A stretch of DNA of 26,550 nt, from positions 1 to 26,550 of IMG/VR virus record IMGVR_UViG_3300005077_000176; one strand, written 5' to 3'. A model generated the notes under the pieces. It searched no databases. It was not told the origin of the DNA and saw only the letters and a program-made list of their open reading frames with translations. Each line of letters starts with the position of its first letter. The first letter of the stretch is position 1. The position numbers and the translations under genes are program-made. Shown one piece after another: positions 24,800-26,550 of the stretch. Source of the stretch: a virus. Lineage: Duplodnaviria; Caudoviricetes.

Positions 24800-25111
24800 A
24801 TGAGCGGCACACGTCTCTTAGTTGCTTTTTACGACGTAACAGGAAAGAAAGCAGGTCAGAAAACCAATCAGCCCGCCGATGATGAAAAGGCAGCGGAAAG
24901 GGTTGCGTTTGAACGTAACTTGCAGAAGGGAATCAAGCAGTACGAAAAACGAACGGGGCTGGTCGCCCGCAGTTGCTACATCAACCAGGGCTTTTTTTCG
25001 AGCCTGTGCCCGCCTGGGGATAATGTCGAATCACTTACGGTAGCCGGTATCGTTGTGGAGGGTAGGCCGTGGGTGCGTGTACTGGAAATGCTCATTGGAG
25101 AGGACGTTTGA
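24800..25111 (+). CDS. Hypothetical protein, 103 aa
   Basis: SD GAGGAG; TTGA overlap with the next gene. Confidence 0.75.
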   Translation: MSGTRLLVAFYDVTGKKAGQKTNQPADDEKAAERVAFERNLQKGIKQYEKRTGLVARSCYINQGFFSSLCPPGDNVESLTVAGIVVEGRPWVRVLEMLIGEDV

Positions 25112-25881
25112 ATAAAAATGTTTTTGAAATCCTGAACGACATTATCCGAGACGCAGAAACTTCGCTCGTGAACCTGCTTTCGGCGATCGGTCCGTGGCTT
25201 GCACCGCTTGCGCCTGCCGCAATGAGCTACACTCATATGATCTCTTCTCTGAACTTTCCGATCTGGATCGCCCTGAGTGTGGCTGTGGTGGTCGAAACCC
25301 TGGGTCTGAGTTCGATCAGCACGATCATTGCCTTCTGGTCATATAACCGCAGGCGGATCGCTGAGTATAAAAAAGCTCCGGTGGCGCTGGCTATCAGCGC
25401 AGGAATCTTCTATCTGGTCACGGTGCTATCGATCAACGTGGCGATGGATGCTACCCGCCTGTTCAGCTTGAACCCGGCCTGGGCGGAGATATTCTCCCGG
25501 GCGCTTCTCACCATGTTGACTATTCCAGCCGCTTTGATCCTGGCGATCCGCACACAGCACAAAGAACTCCTGGACCATGCGGATCGGGAACGTCGAGAGG
25601 CGCTTATGGTGCGCAAAGACCAGAAACCCAAAAAAGAGCGAGTGCCGAAAAATGGGAACGGTAATGGCACCCACGAGCCACGCCGGAAGGGGATGTTTAT
25701 CAAAGACCTGCGCTCCGGAGAACTTCGGGTGGCGTTCGAGGCAGCCCAGGCCAGCACTCCGAAAGCATGTGTGGATGTCATTGCCAGCAAATACGCTGTG
25801 TCCGAGCGTACAGGCTGGAGGTGGTGGGACGAAATCAAACACGCAAATATATCCATCCAGAGACAAGGAGAGCCGGAATGA
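25108..25881 (+). CDS. Membrane protein (about 4 TM helices) with a C-terminal HTH, 257 aa
   Basis: Start revised to TTG 25108 (SD GGAGAGG). Hydrophobic N-terminal half, charged linker and C-terminal IASKYAVSERTGWRWW. Confidence 0.75.
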   Translation: MNKNVFEILNDIIRDAETSLVNLLSAIGPWLAPLAPAAMSYTHMISSLNFPIWIALSVAVVVETLGLSSISTIIAFWSYNRRRIAEYKKAPVALAISAGIFYLVTVLSINVAMDATRLFSLNPAWAEIFSRALLTMLTIPAALILAIRTQHKELLDHADRERREALMVRKDQKPKKERVPKNGNGNGTHEPRRKGMFIKDLRSGELRVAFEAAQASTPKACVDVIASKYAVSERTGWRWWDEIKHANISIQRQGEPE

Positions 25882-26222
25882 CGACGATTACCAGAGGTGA
25901 CTACAAACTCATGTTCGAAGCCCTGCAGGATGAGGTGAATGCCACTTCCCGCAATAAAGGGTTTTGGGAGGACAACCGCAGCGACGGCGAAGCGATCGTT
26001 CTGATCCACTCGGAGTTGTCCGAGGCCGTTGAAGCTCTGCGGCACGGGAATCCCCCGTCTGACCATATCCCGGAGTTTACTGGGGTAGAGGAAGAACTTG
26101 CGGATGCGATCATCCGGATTGCGGATCTCGCTAAACAGCGGGGTTGGAATGTGGCTGGTGCTCTGGTTGCCAAGATCGCATTCAACGAAACCCGTCCTTA
26201 CAAGCACGGAAAGGCATTTTAG
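25878..26222 (+). CDS. MazG-like nucleoside triphosphate pyrophosphohydrolase, 114 aa
   Basis: Start revised to ATG 25878 (SD AAGGAG). Contains LIHSELSEAVEALR, EEELADAIIRIAD and NETRPYKHGK. Confidence 0.9.
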   Translation: MTTITRGDYKLMFEALQDEVNATSRNKGFWEDNRSDGEAIVLIHSELSEAVEALRHGNPPSDHIPEFTGVEEELADAIIRIADLAKQRGWNVAGALVAKIAFNETRPYKHGKAF

Positions 26223-26223
26223 C

Positions 26224-26490
26224 ATGGAAGCCCTCCGGTTTTTCCTTACGGCGCTCCCCTGGGTTCTTGTTACGCTGCTGGTTATCAGTTACTACTTATC
26301 CTGGAAGGTCTACTCCAATTACTTGCGCAACATCAAGAAGCGGGTTGTAAACATCATTCAGGACGACTGGGGAGTGCTGACGATTGGGGTGACGGACCAG
26401 AAACTGGAAACAGCCTGGTTGCGGGCAGCCCAGATTCTTTTTCAGTCATTTGCTAGTTTCTGGTGCGAAACGCGCACCGCGGTACATTAA
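26224..26490 (+). CDS. Small membrane-anchored hypothetical protein, 88 aa
   Basis: ATG lies 1 nt after the MazG stop; N-terminal hydrophobic helix. Confidence 0.6.
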   Translation: MEALRFFLTALPWVLVTLLVISYYLSWKVYSNYLRNIKKRVVNIIQDDWGVLTIGVTDQKLETAWLRAAQILFQSFASFWCETRTAVH

Positions 26491-26550
26491 CAATTGACAA
26501 AACGAAAGCCTCTTTGGTAAAAAGGTTGGTTACCAGGCCAAACCTATCCC

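Larger units (their letters stand above)
1..26550. mobile_element. Tailed dsDNA phage or prophage genome segment (siphovirus-like); no integrase or att site in the window
   Basis: Canonical terminase-portal-protease-capsid-neck-tail tube-chaperone-tape measure order on the minus strand. DNA metabolism genes lie divergently on the plus strand. No tail sheath gene is visible. Confidence 0.97.

Noticed and set aside
26494-26523. TTGACA near the right edge as a promoter
   Set aside because: The best -10 is TAAAAA at 18 nt spacing, and the downstream gene is outside the window, so it cannot be supported.
1-26550. Stop-codon reassignment, CRISPR array, tRNA genes, DGR/reverse transcriptase, integrase
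   Set aside because: Genes are full length in the standard code and TAG, TGA and TAA all end genes at sensible boundaries. No repeat-spacer array, cloverleaf, RT or recombinase motif was seen by eye.

Overview
The whole window is a tailed, siphovirus-like dsDNA phage or prophage segment. It has two divergent arms that meet at back-to-back sigma70 promoters at about 17.9 kb. The minus arm (17.85 kb to 0) starts with a sigma-region-4-only protein and a Zn-finger protein. It continues with TerS, TerL, a ~0.7 kb structured non-coding gap, a DEDD exonuclease and a moron. It then encodes portal, prohead protease/scaffold, major capsid, head-tail joining proteins, tail tube, tail chaperones G/GT (-1 frameshift), tape measure and the start of the next tail gene. 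The plus arm (18.0 to 26.5 kb) encodes SSB, RNase HI, an HNH protein, a C5 DNA methyltransferase with an overprinted alternative-frame gene, a Holliday-junction-resolvase-like nuclease, intein-containing class II RNR, membrane proteins and a MazG-like protein. The main unexplained signal is a bipartite motif, TTTNCWTT-N13-YRATTGWAG. It occurs with identical spacing upstream of five morphogenesis transcription units, and a weaker copy lies upstream of the resolvase. It looks like a phage-specific late promoter. The two small coupled genes ahead of terS are candidates for a two-subunit (split) sigma factor that reads it. Product calls come from motif recognition and synteny by eye; no database search was run.
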